Shown: positions 31,585-42,009 of the stretch, piece after piece | Layout of the letters: each line of letters begins with the position of its first letter | How positions within the stretch are numbered: position 1 is the stretch's first letter | Source of the DNA: Alphaproteobacteria bacterium | GTDB lineage: Bacteria > Pseudomonadota > Alphaproteobacteria > GCA-2731375 | DNA length: 64,000 nucleotides | Assembly (NCBI GenBank): GCA_965238305.1 | Contig: CBDEHK010000001.1 | Coordinates: forward strand, 449,355 to 513,354 | Direction: 5' to 3' | Program-made: the position numbers and the translations under genes | Notes under the pieces: model-generated | Database searches by the model: none | Seen by the model: the letters and a program-made list of their open reading frames with translations, nothing else | What the model was told of the DNA's origin: nothing

Positions 31585-33387
31585 ATGTTGTATAAGTCGG
31601 GTAGCGAATTTCAAATCAATTCATTCGCCAGCAATAATCCAAATTCCGTCCGTCTTGCGGACCTTGATGACGGGACATTCGTTGCGGTTTGGCAGGGCAA
31701 CAGTGAAACCCAAGGCGACAGCTTTCCTTTGGACGTGTATGGCCAACGGTTCGACGCCGAGGGGAACAAAATCGGCGACGAATTTTTGGCCAATTCTACG
31801 ACAGGTGGTACCCAGTGGGTCCAGGACGTCACCGGCCTGGAAGGCGGTGGTTTCGTTGTCACTTGGCGTGATGGCAGCCCTGGTGATTCGGGTTGGTGGT
31901 CAGTTCGAGGTCAAATCTACGACTCAGACGGAAACCCTGTCGGTGGCGAGTTTGAAATACCAACCACCACAACGGACAATCAAAATCATCCTTCGGTCAC
32001 CAGCTTGGAAGACGGCGGCTTTGTTGCCGTTTGGAGCGACAGCAGCGCGACGGGCGATGACACATCTTTTGAGGCGGTTCGTGGCCAAGTGTTTGGCGCG
32101 AACGGCGCACCGGTCGGCGATGAGATATTGGTCAACACGACAACGAATGCGAGCCAATACGATGCAACTGTGCAAAGTCTGGAAGGCGGCGGTTTTGTTG
32201 TAGCTTGGGAAGACTATGGCGAGACCGGTGCAGACCTTTCCGGTCTTGCAATAAGAGCGCAATTGTTTGATTCGGCCGGAAACAAAGTTAATAGCGAATT
32301 TCTGGTCAACTCCTCAACTGAGGAACACCAATTCGATCCAGTTATCGGTGGCCTTCAGAACGGTGGGTTTGTTATCGTTTGGGTCGATGGAAGCGCTACA
32401 AACGGCGATTCCGATCATGCTATTCGCGGACAAATCTATGACGCAGACGGCGCGCCGGTAGACGGCGAGTTCTTAATCAATACTATAACCGCAGGAACGC
32501 AATCGGTCGCGTCGGTCATCGGTCTACAGAACGGCGGGTTTTTCGTCACATGGAACGACAGAAGCCTAAGTCCGGACGATCCGTCCGTAACCGCGATCCG
32601 CGGGCAGCTTTTTGACGCCAGCGGCGCGAAGTCCGGCGATGAGATTCTGGTCAATACCACGACCGACGGATGGCAGACGACATCTTCGATTACTCAATTG
32701 GAAAGCGGCGACATTGTTGTCGCCTGGAGTGATGGCAGTCAGTCCAGGGACACAATCCTTAATGGACAATTCTTTTCCTTTGATGATGGTGGTGGCACCG
32801 GCGGCGGTGGTGGCGGTGGCAGTGGTGGCCCGTCCCCGACCGGCTCCGCCGGCAATGACTTCATCGAAGGTGGTGAGTTCGGTGATGTGTTGGCGGGAAT
32901 GGCCGGGGATGACATTATATTCGGATTGGCTGGTACTGATATTATTTACGGCAACCAGGGCAGCGACATCATCTATGGCAACCAGGGCGAAGATGTCATC
33001 TTCGGTGGCCAGGGCAACGATATTGTCTTCGGCGGTCAGAACGCCGACGTCATCTATGGCAACCTTCAGAACGATGTAATTTACGGCAACATCGGCAATG
33101 ACGTTATCTACGGCAACCAGGGCGACGATGTAGTTTACGGCAACATCGGCAACGACGTGCTTTATGGCGGTCAGAACGATGACGTTTTATACGGTGGCCA
33201 GGATCAGGACACTCTATACGGCAACCTCGGCAACGATGTGCTGAATGGGAATTTGGGCAACGACATCCTGTACGGCGGCGCCGGCGTCAATACCATGATC
33301 GGCGGGCAAGGCGCGGACACCTTCTATGTCGATGGCGATGACGTGGTGCTTGATATGAGCGCGGAAGATACGCTGATATTTTTTTAG
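31585..33387 (+). CDS. RTX-type (haemolysin-type Ca-binding repeat) protein with N-terminal ~48-aa blade repeats (x8), probable T1SS substrate
   Basis: No signal peptide. About eight repeats of the pattern GGFVVxWxD...(A/S)(I/V)RGQ(I/L)FDxxGxxxGxEFLVNTTTxxxQ. A Gly-rich linker [17 protein letters not shown], then about 20 nonapeptide repeats GNQGxDVIYG. Confidence 0.75.
   Translation: MLYKSGSEFQINSFASNNPNSVRLADLDDGTFVAVWQGNSETQGDSFPLDVYGQRFDAEGNKIGDEFLANSTTGGTQWVQDVTGLEGGGFVVTWRDGSPGDSGWWSVRGQIYDSDGNPVGGEFEIPTTTTDNQNHPSVTSLEDGGFVAVWSDSSATGDDTSFEAVRGQVFGANGAPVGDEILVNTTTNASQYDATVQSLEGGGFVVAWEDYGETGADLSGLAIRAQLFDSAGNKVNSEFLVNSSTEEHQFDPVIGGLQNGGFVIVWVDGSATNGDSDHAIRGQIYDADGAPVDGEFLINTITAGTQSVASVIGLQNGGFFVTWNDRSLSPDDPSVTAIRGQLFDASGAKSGDEILVNTTTDGWQTTSSITQLESGDIVVAWSDGSQSRDTILNGQFFSFDDGGGTGGGGGGGSGGPSPTGSAGNDFIEGGEFGDVLAGMAGDDIIFGLAGTDIIYGNQGSDIIYGNQGEDVIFGGQGNDIVFGGQNADVIYGNLQNDVIYGNIGNDVIYGNQGDDVVYGNIGNDVLYGGQNDDVLYGGQDQDTLYGNLGNDVLNGNLGNDILYGGAGVNTMIGGQGADTFYVDGDDVVLDMSAEDTLIFF
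32930..33300 (+). repeat. Tandem 27-nt coding repeats (RTX nonapeptide units)
   Basis: Recurrent ggcaaccagggcgacgatgt(a/c)atttacggc-like units in the sequence. Confidence 0.6.
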
Positions 33388-33399
33388 TTACGCCTCAAA

Positions 33400-33528
33400 T
33401 GCTCAATCGGTGGGCGGCGGTTGTTGGAAGCCGCGAATGGTGCCATCCTGATCAGCCCTGGCGGCTCAATCCTCTATCGCTTGCATAAAAAGCGCATCCA
33501 TTTCCATCGTCGCCGTCTATCCCGAATT
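33400..33528 (+). pseudogene. Decayed fragment of the NicO-like transporter gene (internal deletion)
   Basis: About 85% nt identity to 30835-30925 of the NicO gene (LEAAxGxILIxxGxSxLYRLHKxRIHFH) joined directly to a copy of its 3' end (VYPE*); no complete ORF. Confidence 0.6.
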
Positions 33529-33565
33529 CTGATCTCGCCGTTTACCGGCGCTTGACCGCTTCCCT

Positions 33566-34072
33566 TCAAGAAATCGGAATGCCAGCAGATGTTTTTATCT
33601 TTGCCAGACGCTCCATGCTCTCGGGCGACCAGGTCGCTTCGAAATCATAAAACTCTTCAACCCGCAGGTCGTCCCTTGGCAGCGCGACCCACGGCTGTTT
33701 TGAGCCCGTGTAAATATGGACATCCGGCGGTAATTGGTCCGGGTCATCAAGCGTGCCGACGCGAATAAAGCGGATCCGTTCACGTAAACCGCCAAAATTG
33801 TAGTTGCTCCAAACTGCGGCTTTGCAATTGGCGCATCGGGCAATGATTTGACCCGTGCCACCAGGCGTCGGAACGGTAATTTCCTCAACCTCACCTGACA
33901 TCAGCTGCACCTGATCAGCCTCAAAAAGGGCGTTCAGGGCAAAGGCAGAACCAGAGTTTTTCTGACAGCCGCGGCAGTGGCAGCAATGTACGATCATGGG
34001 CGCCGAAGTTACTTGATACCGCACCTGGCCGCAGGTACAGCCACCCTCTCTGGTTTTGGAATTGTTGTTCAT
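33566..34072 (-). CDS. GFA-family protein (glutathione-dependent formaldehyde-activating enzyme / CENP-V-like zinc protein)
   Basis: GGCTCGQVRYQ...HCCHCRGCQKNSGSAF cysteine pattern of the GFA fold; start chosen at MNNNSK (the ORF with a GTG start reaches 34162). Confidence 0.7.
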   Translation of the reverse strand: MNNNSKTREGGCTCGQVRYQVTSAPMIVHCCHCRGCQKNSGSAFALNALFEADQVQLMSGEVEEITVPTPGGTGQIIARCANCKAAVWSNYNFGGLRERIRFIRVGTLDDPDQLPPDVHIYTGSKQPWVALPRDDLRVEEFYDFEATWSPESMERLAKIKTSAGIPIS

Positions 34073-34171
34073 GGCGTCCTCCGTTGTTATTCGGTTTCCC
34101 CGGAAAGGGGATGTACTGGAGTTGCCGGCCCTTCGCGGGAACCTGCCAAAGTTTTCTGACACCTAGTTGGG

Positions 34172-34540
34172 CTAGGCTGTCACGATATCCGCTTTAAGGC
34201 CGTCGAGGAAGGCCATCACCTCGCCGCCTTCATTCGGGCCAACGCCCATATCACCGGCAACATCGACCACGATCTCGATGAAGCGGGTCCAGTCTGCCTC
34301 GGTAATCCCCATGCCCTGATGGGCAAGCGCCATGTCACGGCCGCTATAATACATCTGCCCACCGGTTTCTTTAACGAAAAAATCAATCAGAAGCTGGAGT
34401 TCGCGCGCAATTCTGTCTTCACCTCGGTTGGCCCTGAAACGCCCCAGAAGATCGTCCTTGCGGGCGAGCCCGACGACAGTGGTTGAGAACATCGCAAGGC
34501 CATCATAGCCACCAAGGCGGGAGTAAAGAGAAGTTGTCAT
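34172..34540 (-). CDS. Group I truncated haemoglobin (2/2 Hb, GlbN-like)
   Basis: MTTSLYSRLGGYDGLAMF... about 122 aa trHbN family. Confidence 0.75.
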   Translation of the reverse strand: MTTSLYSRLGGYDGLAMFSTTVVGLARKDDLLGRFRANRGEDRIARELQLLIDFFVKETGGQMYYSGRDMALAHQGMGITEADWTRFIEIVVDVAGDMGVGPNEGGEVMAFLDGLKADIVTA

Positions 34541-34570
34541 TTTCTAAATTTCCTTATATTGGCAAAATGG

Positions 34571-35086
34571 TCAGGCTATTTTGATCTCTAGTTTTGAAGG
34601 CGTTTCGCGGCGACTGCCGTCAGCGACCGGGGAATGGGTCACCGCGAAATCAACAATCTCACGCAGGGTTTTTTCGTCCACGCCCGCGGCACCAATCGTC
34701 ACGCGGGTTCGCAAGCTCAGCGGACCGGCAGGAACCGATTTATCCAGGCCGAGCAGGCCGCGGTCGTCGGAAACGCTGTCGGCCGTGACCTCGAGCGTGT
34801 CCAGCGTTACCCCTAACTGTGCGGCGTGCAACGCTATTCGAGTGGCGTCGCAAGTGGCTAAAGCTGCCCGTGACAGCCAGCCCGGTGACGGTGCCGAACC
34901 GCCCCCGCCGATGGCTTCCGGCATGTCGGTGACGATCGTTTCGCCGGCCGCCCCAGTGGCCCGGCAGCGCAGGCCGCCTTCCATGACCGCAGTGACCGGT
35001 GGGTCGTCGCTCAACGCGTCTTTCGGGTTCTCTTTCAAGTAGGCGATAACATCTTTAACCGAATTCTGGATGTGTTCGACAGACAT
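34571..35086 (-). CDS. OsmC/Ohr-family peroxiredoxin-like protein
   Basis: About 171 aa with the two conserved Cys (GGLRCRATG... ALATCDATRIA) and the OsmC fold signature. Confidence 0.7.
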   Translation of the reverse strand: MSVEHIQNSVKDVIAYLKENPKDALSDDPPVTAVMEGGLRCRATGAAGETIVTDMPEAIGGGGSAPSPGWLSRAALATCDATRIALHAAQLGVTLDTLEVTADSVSDDRGLLGLDKSVPAGPLSLRTRVTIGAAGVDEKTLREIVDFAVTHSPVADGSRRETPSKLEIKIA

Positions 35087-35287
35087 TGTGTTCTCCTTGA
35101 TTAGATCGATATTCCAATTAAGTTTTCTAGTCGTGCGCGACGCTTTGCAGGAGCCGGATTTCGTTCGCCCGCGAGCAGCGCCAGAGCTTTATTCACTTGC
35201 CAAATTGGTCGCATTGGATAATGGTTTTGGGAATTGGGGAAAAATCGACACTCGTTTTGCAAAAATGCACATGGTAGGGAACACCGG

Positions 35288-36169
35288 ATGCAATGGGATG
35301 ACGCGCGAATATTCCTGGCCGTAGCCCGTGAGGGTTCTTTCAGCAGTGCCGCCAAGCTGTTGGGTGTGCAGCATTCCACCGTTTCGCGGCGAATTCGCGC
35401 TTTAGAGCATAAACTGGCGACGCCGTTGGTTGAACGCAAAGCATCCGGCTATGTCCTGACCGAGGCCGGAGAAGAGTTGAAGCTTTCCGCCTTGCGTATC
35501 GAGAGCGAACTGTTGTCCTTTGAAGGGGCGGTCGGCGGTCAAGCCGAAGATGTCGCCGGGCAATTGCGGGTCACCGCAATTGCCAACATGGCGTCAACCG
35601 TGCTGATGCCGTATTTTGCGCGCTTCACGACCGCCTACCCAAGGATCGAACTAAGCGTTCAGGTCACCAATGACTCAGTGCGCCTTGCCGAACGTGAAGC
35701 CGACGTTGCCATCCGGCAGACCAACAAACCGCTGGAAACCTTGATCGGGACACGCCTGACAACGGTGGCTTCGGCGGTCTATGGCGCGCGTGATTACTGC
35801 GCCGCGGTCAAATCCGGGCACGCCAAGGAAAAATGGATTGGGGTTGATTGCTGCGAATATCATAGAACCTGGACCAAGCAGGCCTGGCCACAAGCGGAAC
35901 ACGAGTTTTATGTCGACGAAACCTCGCTGACGCTAGCGGCGTTGAAAGAAGGCCTGGGGGTTGGCTTTCTGCCTTGCTTTCTAGGTGACAGCGACGCCGA
36001 ACTGGCAAGATTTCACGAACCTAAAAAGCAACATGAACTTGGCCTTTGGCTGCTCTATCACCGTGATCTGCGCAATACCAAACGAGTGTCGCTCTTCCGC
36101 CAGCATATGCAGCGCGAGATCAAACAAGCCGCCGCACTGTTCGAAGGCGCTGTGCCAACATCGAAGTAG
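35288..36169 (+). CDS. LysR-family transcriptional regulator (divergent from the OsmC-trHb-GFA genes)
   Basis: MQWDDARIFLAVAREGSFSSAAKLLGVQHSTVSRRIRALE HTH. Confidence 0.8.
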   Translation: MQWDDARIFLAVAREGSFSSAAKLLGVQHSTVSRRIRALEHKLATPLVERKASGYVLTEAGEELKLSALRIESELLSFEGAVGGQAEDVAGQLRVTAIANMASTVLMPYFARFTTAYPRIELSVQVTNDSVRLAEREADVAIRQTNKPLETLIGTRLTTVASAVYGARDYCAAVKSGHAKEKWIGVDCCEYHRTWTKQAWPQAEHEFYVDETSLTLAALKEGLGVGFLPCFLGDSDAELARFHEPKKQHELGLWLLYHRDLRNTKRVSLFRQHMQREIKQAAALFEGAVPTSK

Positions 36170-36368
36170 TCAGGCGAGGAAATGGCAAGTTATCATTGGC
36201 CTGGCCGGATCGGCGGCGGTAAATTGCGAGCGCGACGTAATTTGCACCGGAGCGGGGTTAGATAAATTTATGTATTGGAAATTTCGGCTTTGGGTTCGAG
36301 TTCAGACATTTAGAGACAAATGAACAACTTCTGCATCTTGCCAATCTCGGACATTTAATCCGTGATTG

Positions 36369-36623
36369 CTATACATGACCTTCGAGCAAATCAGTTTCTC
36401 TGGGTCGATGTCCCTTGATTTTGATTTCGCCACGTGAGGATGTTTGATAGCGGTTGGAGAGCATTTCCCTGGTTTCTGCTGAAATTTGGGGTTGATCGGC
36501 AATGCCTTCGGATTCGATCTGGCTTGCGACATTCATAGTATCGCCCCAAAGGTCGTATGAGAATTTTTGTTTGTCGATCAAACCGACGATGACCGCGCTA
36601 GAATGCTCAGGAGAGGGCGTCAA
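36369..36623 (-). pseudogene. C-terminal remnant of a class III adenylate/guanylate cyclase
   Basis: GLIDKQKFSYDLWGDTMNVASQIESEGIADQPQISAETREML aligns with [42 protein letters not shown] of the intact cyclase at 56672-57919. The upstream part is replaced by the end of the iorB-like gene (17-nt overlap). Confidence 0.6.
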
Positions 36624-38844
36624 GAACCCTTTCCGGGGTCATAGGAAGCCTACGCATTCTAACACCTGTCAGTGCCGCAACAGCATTGGCTACCGGCGCA
36701 ACGCCCAATGTAACTCCCATTTCCCCTGCACCTCCCGGTGGGTTGTCCGTTGTCAAGACTTGCACATGTATATCTGGGACGTCCGACATACGCGGTATAA
36801 GATAATCGTGGAAGTTTGACTGCTGTACCACGCCGTCTTCCATAGTTATGCGTTCGCTGAGCGCCACACCCAAACCATAGATTATCCCACCTTCGATTTG
36901 AGCTTGTACAGTATCAGGCTGCACAGCCAAACCCGGATCAATGGCAGCCCAGATATTGTGAACTTTAATTGTCCCACTATCGCGATCAAGCGATACCTCA
37001 GCTACTGAAGCCATATAGCTGCCAGAGTTATGGACAAAACCAATGCCGAGAGCACGATCTTTTGCCACTTCGTGCGGCCACGCCGCCATCGCGGCAACTC
37101 TGTTCAATACAGCTAGTGCCCGCATATCGTGGCGAAGCAACCCCAATCGAAATTCCAAAGGGTCAACGCCTTTTTTAACGGATATTTCGTCTAGAAAAGA
37201 TTCGACGGCAAAGTTGTTGGTGGTGACAGATGTGCCGCGAACAGGGGCAAGCCGCATACCATCAACCTGCTTTATATGTTCCGCCAAGAAATTTGGGATA
37301 GCGTAGTCGATGTTAGAGCCATTGATTGACAAAAAAGGCCTGCTGCCAAAAGCTTCATACATCGAAGGATGACTAAAAGAAAAAGCGGTTTCGGATGCTA
37401 TTCTGTGGTGCAGGGCAATGATATTCCCGTCACGGTCAAAGGCGGCTCGTATGATATGTGCTGCCATGGGGCGAAAACGCCCGTTATGAACATCATCTTC
37501 ACGGCTCCAGATACATTTCACCGGCCTTCGGGATGCCTTCGCAAGCAACGCGGCATCGACGGTAAACTCCTGATCCTCATGGTTCCGACGCCCAAAACCT
37601 CCGCCCGAGAAACTACGGTGTAGGATGATCTTGTCCTCAGCCAAATCCAGGGCTTTAGCAGCGGCTGCGATTGCAAAGGTTGGAGATTGTGTGCCCACCC
37701 ACACATCGGCCCTGTCGCCAGCTTCATTCAAAGCAACCACAGCATTGAGAGGCTCCATCTGGGCATGGTAAGTATAGTCATGACGATACTGTCCTTCGAA
37801 AACTGTATCAGCTGCATCGAACGCCTTACGAATGTCGCCTGTGTCAGCAGGGTTAAAGTCGTTGGTGTGGGCAAAGGCGCTTTTGATTGAAAGATCATTT
37901 GCAGCCTCGGCGTATGAATCAAGTGCAACCTCGCTATTAAAACTGCCCGCGCCCTCGACAATACTCCATTCGACTTCGAGACTGTCCTTAGCTGCCAGTG
38001 CCGCTTCCATCGTTTCGGCTAAGATACCCACGCCGTGAGGAAGGACCACCGTTTTGACAAACCCGGGCACACCTGAAGCTTCAGCGGTAGAAACTTTCAC
38101 TGGCCGAGAGCCCTCAATCGGTGCCCGTAACACCACGCCATAGAGCATACCCTCAAGGCGCACATCGATACTGAATTCCGCCTTGCCGTTTACTTTGGCG
38201 GGTAAATCCACACGAGGTATATCTTTGCCAATGTAGCGAAATTCGCTCCATGGTTTGAGGTCATTTTTTGTAATCGCGGGTGTGGGATTTGGGTACTTTG
38301 CAAAGACAGCGATGTCGGCGAAAGTGATTTTGCGACCGGTTTTTTTATGGACGACCTGGCTTGGTTCTTCGCTTAGTTCAGAAACGGGCACATCCCAGTT
38401 AGTAGCAACCGCATTATGTAAAATTACTCTGATCTGGGCTGCTTGGGTTCTAATAAGAGCGAAATATCCGGCTGTACCGGCGCTCCCGCCTGTAAGCATA
38501 ACGCCATAGTAAGGATTGCCATATATCTTATCGATGGCAGGCGATGGCACCACCACGACGTCGGCCCAATCTGCGCCCAATTCGTCGGCGAAAACGAGAG
38601 GGAGCGCTGTTGAGGTACCCTGCCCAATTTCATCAACAGGGTAAACGATGGTGATTTTTCCATCAGTCCCTATTGTAACCCATGCGTCACTGATTTGCCC
38701 GTCACCCACCGCCAACGAATGTCCCCCCGTTGCTTTCAGGCCTAGCGACAGGGCAAATGTCAGGCCCGCAACTCCCGTATGGAAGTTTCGGCGAGAGAGT
38801 AACGGTCCAGATGAATTTTCGGTGCTGGCTAGTTGATCAACCAT
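36607..38844 (-). CDS. Molybdopterin-binding aldehyde oxidase/xanthine dehydrogenase-family subunit (isoquinoline 1-oxidoreductase beta-like), Tat-exported
   Basis: 745 aa; twin-arginine signal SRRNFHTGVAGLTFALSL; length and composition fit the IorB/PaoC-type large subunit. Confidence 0.7.
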   Translation of the reverse strand: MVDQLASTENSSGPLLSRRNFHTGVAGLTFALSLGLKATGGHSLAVGDGQISDAWVTIGTDGKITIVYPVDEIGQGTSTALPLVFADELGADWADVVVVPSPAIDKIYGNPYYGVMLTGGSAGTAGYFALIRTQAAQIRVILHNAVATNWDVPVSELSEEPSQVVHKKTGRKITFADIAVFAKYPNPTPAITKNDLKPWSEFRYIGKDIPRVDLPAKVNGKAEFSIDVRLEGMLYGVVLRAPIEGSRPVKVSTAEASGVPGFVKTVVLPHGVGILAETMEAALAAKDSLEVEWSIVEGAGSFNSEVALDSYAEAANDLSIKSAFAHTNDFNPADTGDIRKAFDAADTVFEGQYRHDYTYHAQMEPLNAVVALNEAGDRADVWVGTQSPTFAIAAAAKALDLAEDKIILHRSFSGGGFGRRNHEDQEFTVDAALLAKASRRPVKCIWSREDDVHNGRFRPMAAHIIRAAFDRDGNIIALHHRIASETAFSFSHPSMYEAFGSRPFLSINGSNIDYAIPNFLAEHIKQVDGMRLAPVRGTSVTTNNFAVESFLDEISVKKGVDPLEFRLGLLRHDMRALAVLNRVAAMAAWPHEVAKDRALGIGFVHNSGSYMASVAEVSLDRDSGTIKVHNIWAAIDPGLAVQPDTVQAQIEGGIIYGLGVALSERITMEDGVVQQSNFHDYLIPRMSDVPDIHVQVLTTDNPPGGAGEMGVTLGVAPVANAVAALTGVRMRRLPMTPERVLDALS

Positions 38845-38847
38845 AAT

Positions 38848-39318
38848 TTACCCCTCGTTTGCGATGCGCTCTATTGCGCGAATAATCCGTGGATAGGTGC
38901 CACATCGACAAAGGTTCGTAGTCATATGCTCCACAATCTCTTCGCGACTTGGATGGCTGTTTTTTGCCAGTAAATCTGCGGCACTCATAATTTGCCCCGA
39001 TTGACAATATCCGCATTGCGGTACCTTCTCCGAAAGCCACGCCTTTTGAACAGGATGACTGTAATCAGCTGACAAGCCCTCAATAGTTGTCACGGATTTA
39101 CCGCCTATTTCAGCGATACTTGTCTGACAAGAGAAGGTTCGATTCCCATCGACATGAACCATGCAGGCACCGCATAAGCCAGCGCCGCATCCAAACTTTG
39201 TGCCAGTCAGCCCTATATGTTCGCGGAGAGCCCACAGCAACGGTGTATCGGGATCGACAGAAAGGCTTGTTGATTTCTCGTTAAGGATAAAGGTAATTGG
39301 TTGATATGCTTCCTTCAT
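38848..39318 (-). CDS. (2Fe-2S)-binding small subunit of the molybdo-dehydrogenase (IorA-like)
   Basis: [23 protein letters not shown] and [12 protein letters not shown] motifs; start at MKEAYQ, preceded by an AGGGAAAAG RBS. Confidence 0.8.
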   Translation of the reverse strand: MKEAYQPITFILNEKSTSLSVDPDTPLLWALREHIGLTGTKFGCGAGLCGACMVHVDGNRTFSCQTSIAEIGGKSVTTIEGLSADYSHPVQKAWLSEKVPQCGYCQSGQIMSAADLLAKNSHPSREEIVEHMTTNLCRCGTYPRIIRAIERIANEG

Positions 39319-39450
39319 TTTCTTTTCCCTGATATTCGCGCAGTAATTTATGTTTCCGGCCACTTGACGGAAATCGCACCATAACTACTGGCCTAAAGAT
39401 AGGAAATCATCTAAAATTCATAATACTAATGATTAAAATCATATATAGGC

Positions 39451-40341
39451 ATGATTATGGACCTGAACGCCGTAAAGATTTTTGCAAAAACCGCTGAACT
39501 GTCCAGCTTCACAAAAGCTGCCACAGCCGTCAAAATGACACAGTCCGGCGTATCCCGTGCGGTCAGTCGACTGGAAGAAGATCTTGGTGTAAAACTGATG
39601 AACCGTACTACCCGCGGCCTGAACCTAACACACGATGGACAGGCTTTTTTTGAACGCTGCTCATTGTTACTGGAAGAACTTGAAGAAGCTAAACAACAAC
39701 TTATTGGACGCCAAGCGCAACCATCCGGTCATTTGAAAATCTCGTCTCCACACGGATTTGGAAAACTAATCCTCTCGCCAGCCGTAGCTCGGCTTTCTGA
39801 AAAGAATCCTGATCTTATTGTCGAAACCACGCTAACGGACCGCCTTGTCGATCTGATCGCTGAAGGATATGATGCCGCCATTCGCGTCGGGCAAATCCCT
39901 GATTCTCGTGTTGTCGCCAAACACCTGGGCACCATTCGCCTGGTGACCATCGCGTCGCCTACTTATTTGAATAAATTTGGCACCCCAAGGACGCCGGGCG
40001 ACCTGGCTCAACACAACTGCTTAAACATGCGTCTTCCTCGCACAGGGCGACTATATGAATGGCGATTCATTGAAGACGGCCACGAGCGTAAATTTTCCGT
40101 AACCGGTAATATAATATTGGATTCTGGCGATGCTCTTGTTGACCTGGCTGTTCGAGGCCATGGCATCACGCAAGCCCAGAGTTTTATGGTGACACAAGCG
40201 TTGGACAACAAACAGGTCGTGCCCGTGCTCTCCGCTTATGCGGCTAACAGAGGGCCTATTTCCCTAATTTACCCACAAAGCAGGCAACTTTCGTCAAAAA
40301 TCGGAGCCTTGACTAAAGCATTGAAAAACTTAAATTTTTGA
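39451..40341 (+). CDS. LysR-family transcriptional regulator (divergent from iorAB-like genes)
   Basis: FTKAATAVKMTQSGVSRAVSRLEEDLGVKLMNR HTH. Confidence 0.8.
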   Translation: MIMDLNAVKIFAKTAELSSFTKAATAVKMTQSGVSRAVSRLEEDLGVKLMNRTTRGLNLTHDGQAFFERCSLLLEELEEAKQQLIGRQAQPSGHLKISSPHGFGKLILSPAVARLSEKNPDLIVETTLTDRLVDLIAEGYDAAIRVGQIPDSRVVAKHLGTIRLVTIASPTYLNKFGTPRTPGDLAQHNCLNMRLPRTGRLYEWRFIEDGHERKFSVTGNIILDSGDALVDLAVRGHGITQAQSFMVTQALDNKQVVPVLSAYAANRGPISLIYPQSRQLSSKIGALTKALKNLNF

Positions 40342-40687
40342 CCACACGATTAACGAAAAAAATGCACCTTTGCGTGTGCATTGCCGATCAACCAGATCGT
40401 GTCATGGCAATGTTCGAAGGGTATCACGGCAAGAATATTCGTCGCGATGATTTGGCGATGGTCGGGTTTAGATTGTGAATTTCCGGGAGTGCCGATAGTC
40501 CGCTCTGGGTCAAACTGAGACGAAATAACAGCAGTATTGGAAGGTCTGCTTTTACCAGCAGAAGACATTATCTGTCTGCTCGCCTAAGGTGTTACATGAT
40601 TGCAAGCCTATACAGAGTACCAAATTCCACAGTCAAAAATTCGGCTAAGCTCACCTATTCTATAACCTATTGAATTACGTAGAAAAA

Positions 40688-40762
<75 letters not shown>

Positions 40763-40884
40763 ATGTTGGCGGCGTGGTCATAACGGCGCGCGGGGTGGGC
40801 ACCCCTCGGTGCCTTAATCGGCGCGGAACATAGGCGTTTCGCGACTTGATGGCAAGGGCAAAGGGACCCGGGCGGCAGATCCAG

Positions 40885-41322
40885 CTAGATTGAAAACAAC
40901 AAGGTCGTGCAGTTGCGCCCGGCGACTTGTTGGTAGTCGATTTCATCGCTTAGGTTTTCGATCAAATGCAGGCCCAGGCCGCCGATTTGACGCTCTTCCA
41001 AGGCCCCGTCCAAGGAGGCCTGTTGGCTTTGTCGGGGATCGAACGGCCAGGCATCGTCAATGACGACAATTTTTAAGCTGCCACCCGCTTTCTCGCCGGC
41101 TGCCACGCCCGCTACCTCAATCGTGACGTCGATCAGATGAACGCCGTCGCGGCGGAAACCGTAACTGACCGTATTGGTCACCAGTTCCTCCAGCGCCAGG
41201 GTAATTCGATGGGCGGTTTTGGCGGCAATCCCCTGCGCCGCGCAATATTCGGCGATGGCGCGACCCAAACGCTGCACTTCGGCAAGATTGTTTTTCAGTT
41301 GCAGTTGAATGGGTGCCGACAT
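40885..41322 (-). CDS. Anti-sigma regulatory factor, RsbW/SpoIIAB-like serine kinase (HATPase_c)
   Basis: LALEELVTNTVSYGF...GGLGLHLIENLSDEIDY (N-box/G-box of GHKL ATPases). Confidence 0.7.
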   Translation of the reverse strand: MSAPIQLQLKNNLAEVQRLGRAIAEYCAAQGIAAKTAHRITLALEELVTNTVSYGFRRDGVHLIDVTIEVAGVAAGEKAGGSLKIVVIDDAWPFDPRQSQQASLDGALEERQIGGLGLHLIENLSDEIDYQQVAGRNCTTLLFSI

Positions 41323-41524
41323 CGGGGATCGTCGTTAAGTTGAAACTGTGCCGCTTGTGCCACAATTTGCACGCAAAGGGTAGTCCTGGCGCCAAATTCC
41401 GCAAACCATCGCGCTGGACAGGTCGCGGCAAGCTCATTATTCTATTCATATTCGTCAGAATTGAGGGATTCGCTTTGTCGATAGCCGGATGTCGACAGAA
41501 AAACTGATTTTTTGAGGACTGATT

Positions 41525-41965
41525 ATGAAAAAAGTATGTTTATTAGCGTTTGCCATGATGTTCGTGACCCTCACCGCTTGGGCCGAAAACAATGTCATCG
41601 GTTATGTCAGAACGACCAGCGGCGAAACCTTTCTAGTGCGGGATGCGGTCCGGATGGCGGCGCATATCGGCGATGTGGTGCAACGTGCCGATATCGTCGA
41701 AACCGGTAAAACCGGTACCATCGGCATCACTTTTGTTGATAACACGGTGTTTTCCGCCGGCCCCAACAGTTCCATTACGCTGGAGGAATATGTTTTCAAC
41801 TCGTCCAGTTTCGAAGGTAATTTACTGGCGCGCATGGACAAAGGAACTTTGTCGGTGGTGTCCGGTGACATCGCCCGCACCTCGCCAGAGGCGATGAAAA
41901 TCAAGACCCCGACGGCAATTTTAGGGGTTCGCGGCACCACCTTCCTGATCAAGGTCGAAGAGTGA
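41525..41965 (+). CDS. Secreted FecR-domain protein
   Basis: Signal peptide MKKVCLLAFAMMFVTLTAWA; FecR-like beta-rich domain (VRTTSGETFLVR...GITFVDNTVFSAGPNSSITLEEY...LGVRGTTF). Confidence 0.6.
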   Translation: MKKVCLLAFAMMFVTLTAWAENNVIGYVRTTSGETFLVRDAVRMAAHIGDVVQRADIVETGKTGTIGITFVDNTVFSAGPNSSITLEEYVFNSSSFEGNLLARMDKGTLSVVSGDIARTSPEAMKIKTPTAILGVRGTTFLIKVEE

Positions 41966-42009
41966 GAAATCCGCTCAGTAGAGCATGACAAACCGGGGGA
42001 TGATGGGCA

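Noticed and set aside
40350-40687. AT-rich 340-nt stretch with a 72-aa ORF next to tRNA-Thr; looked for an integrase remnant or attachment-site repeat
   Set aside because: The translation shows no integrase motifs (no R..HxxR..Y pattern). It is too short for a gene fragment call, so it is treated as non-coding island border.
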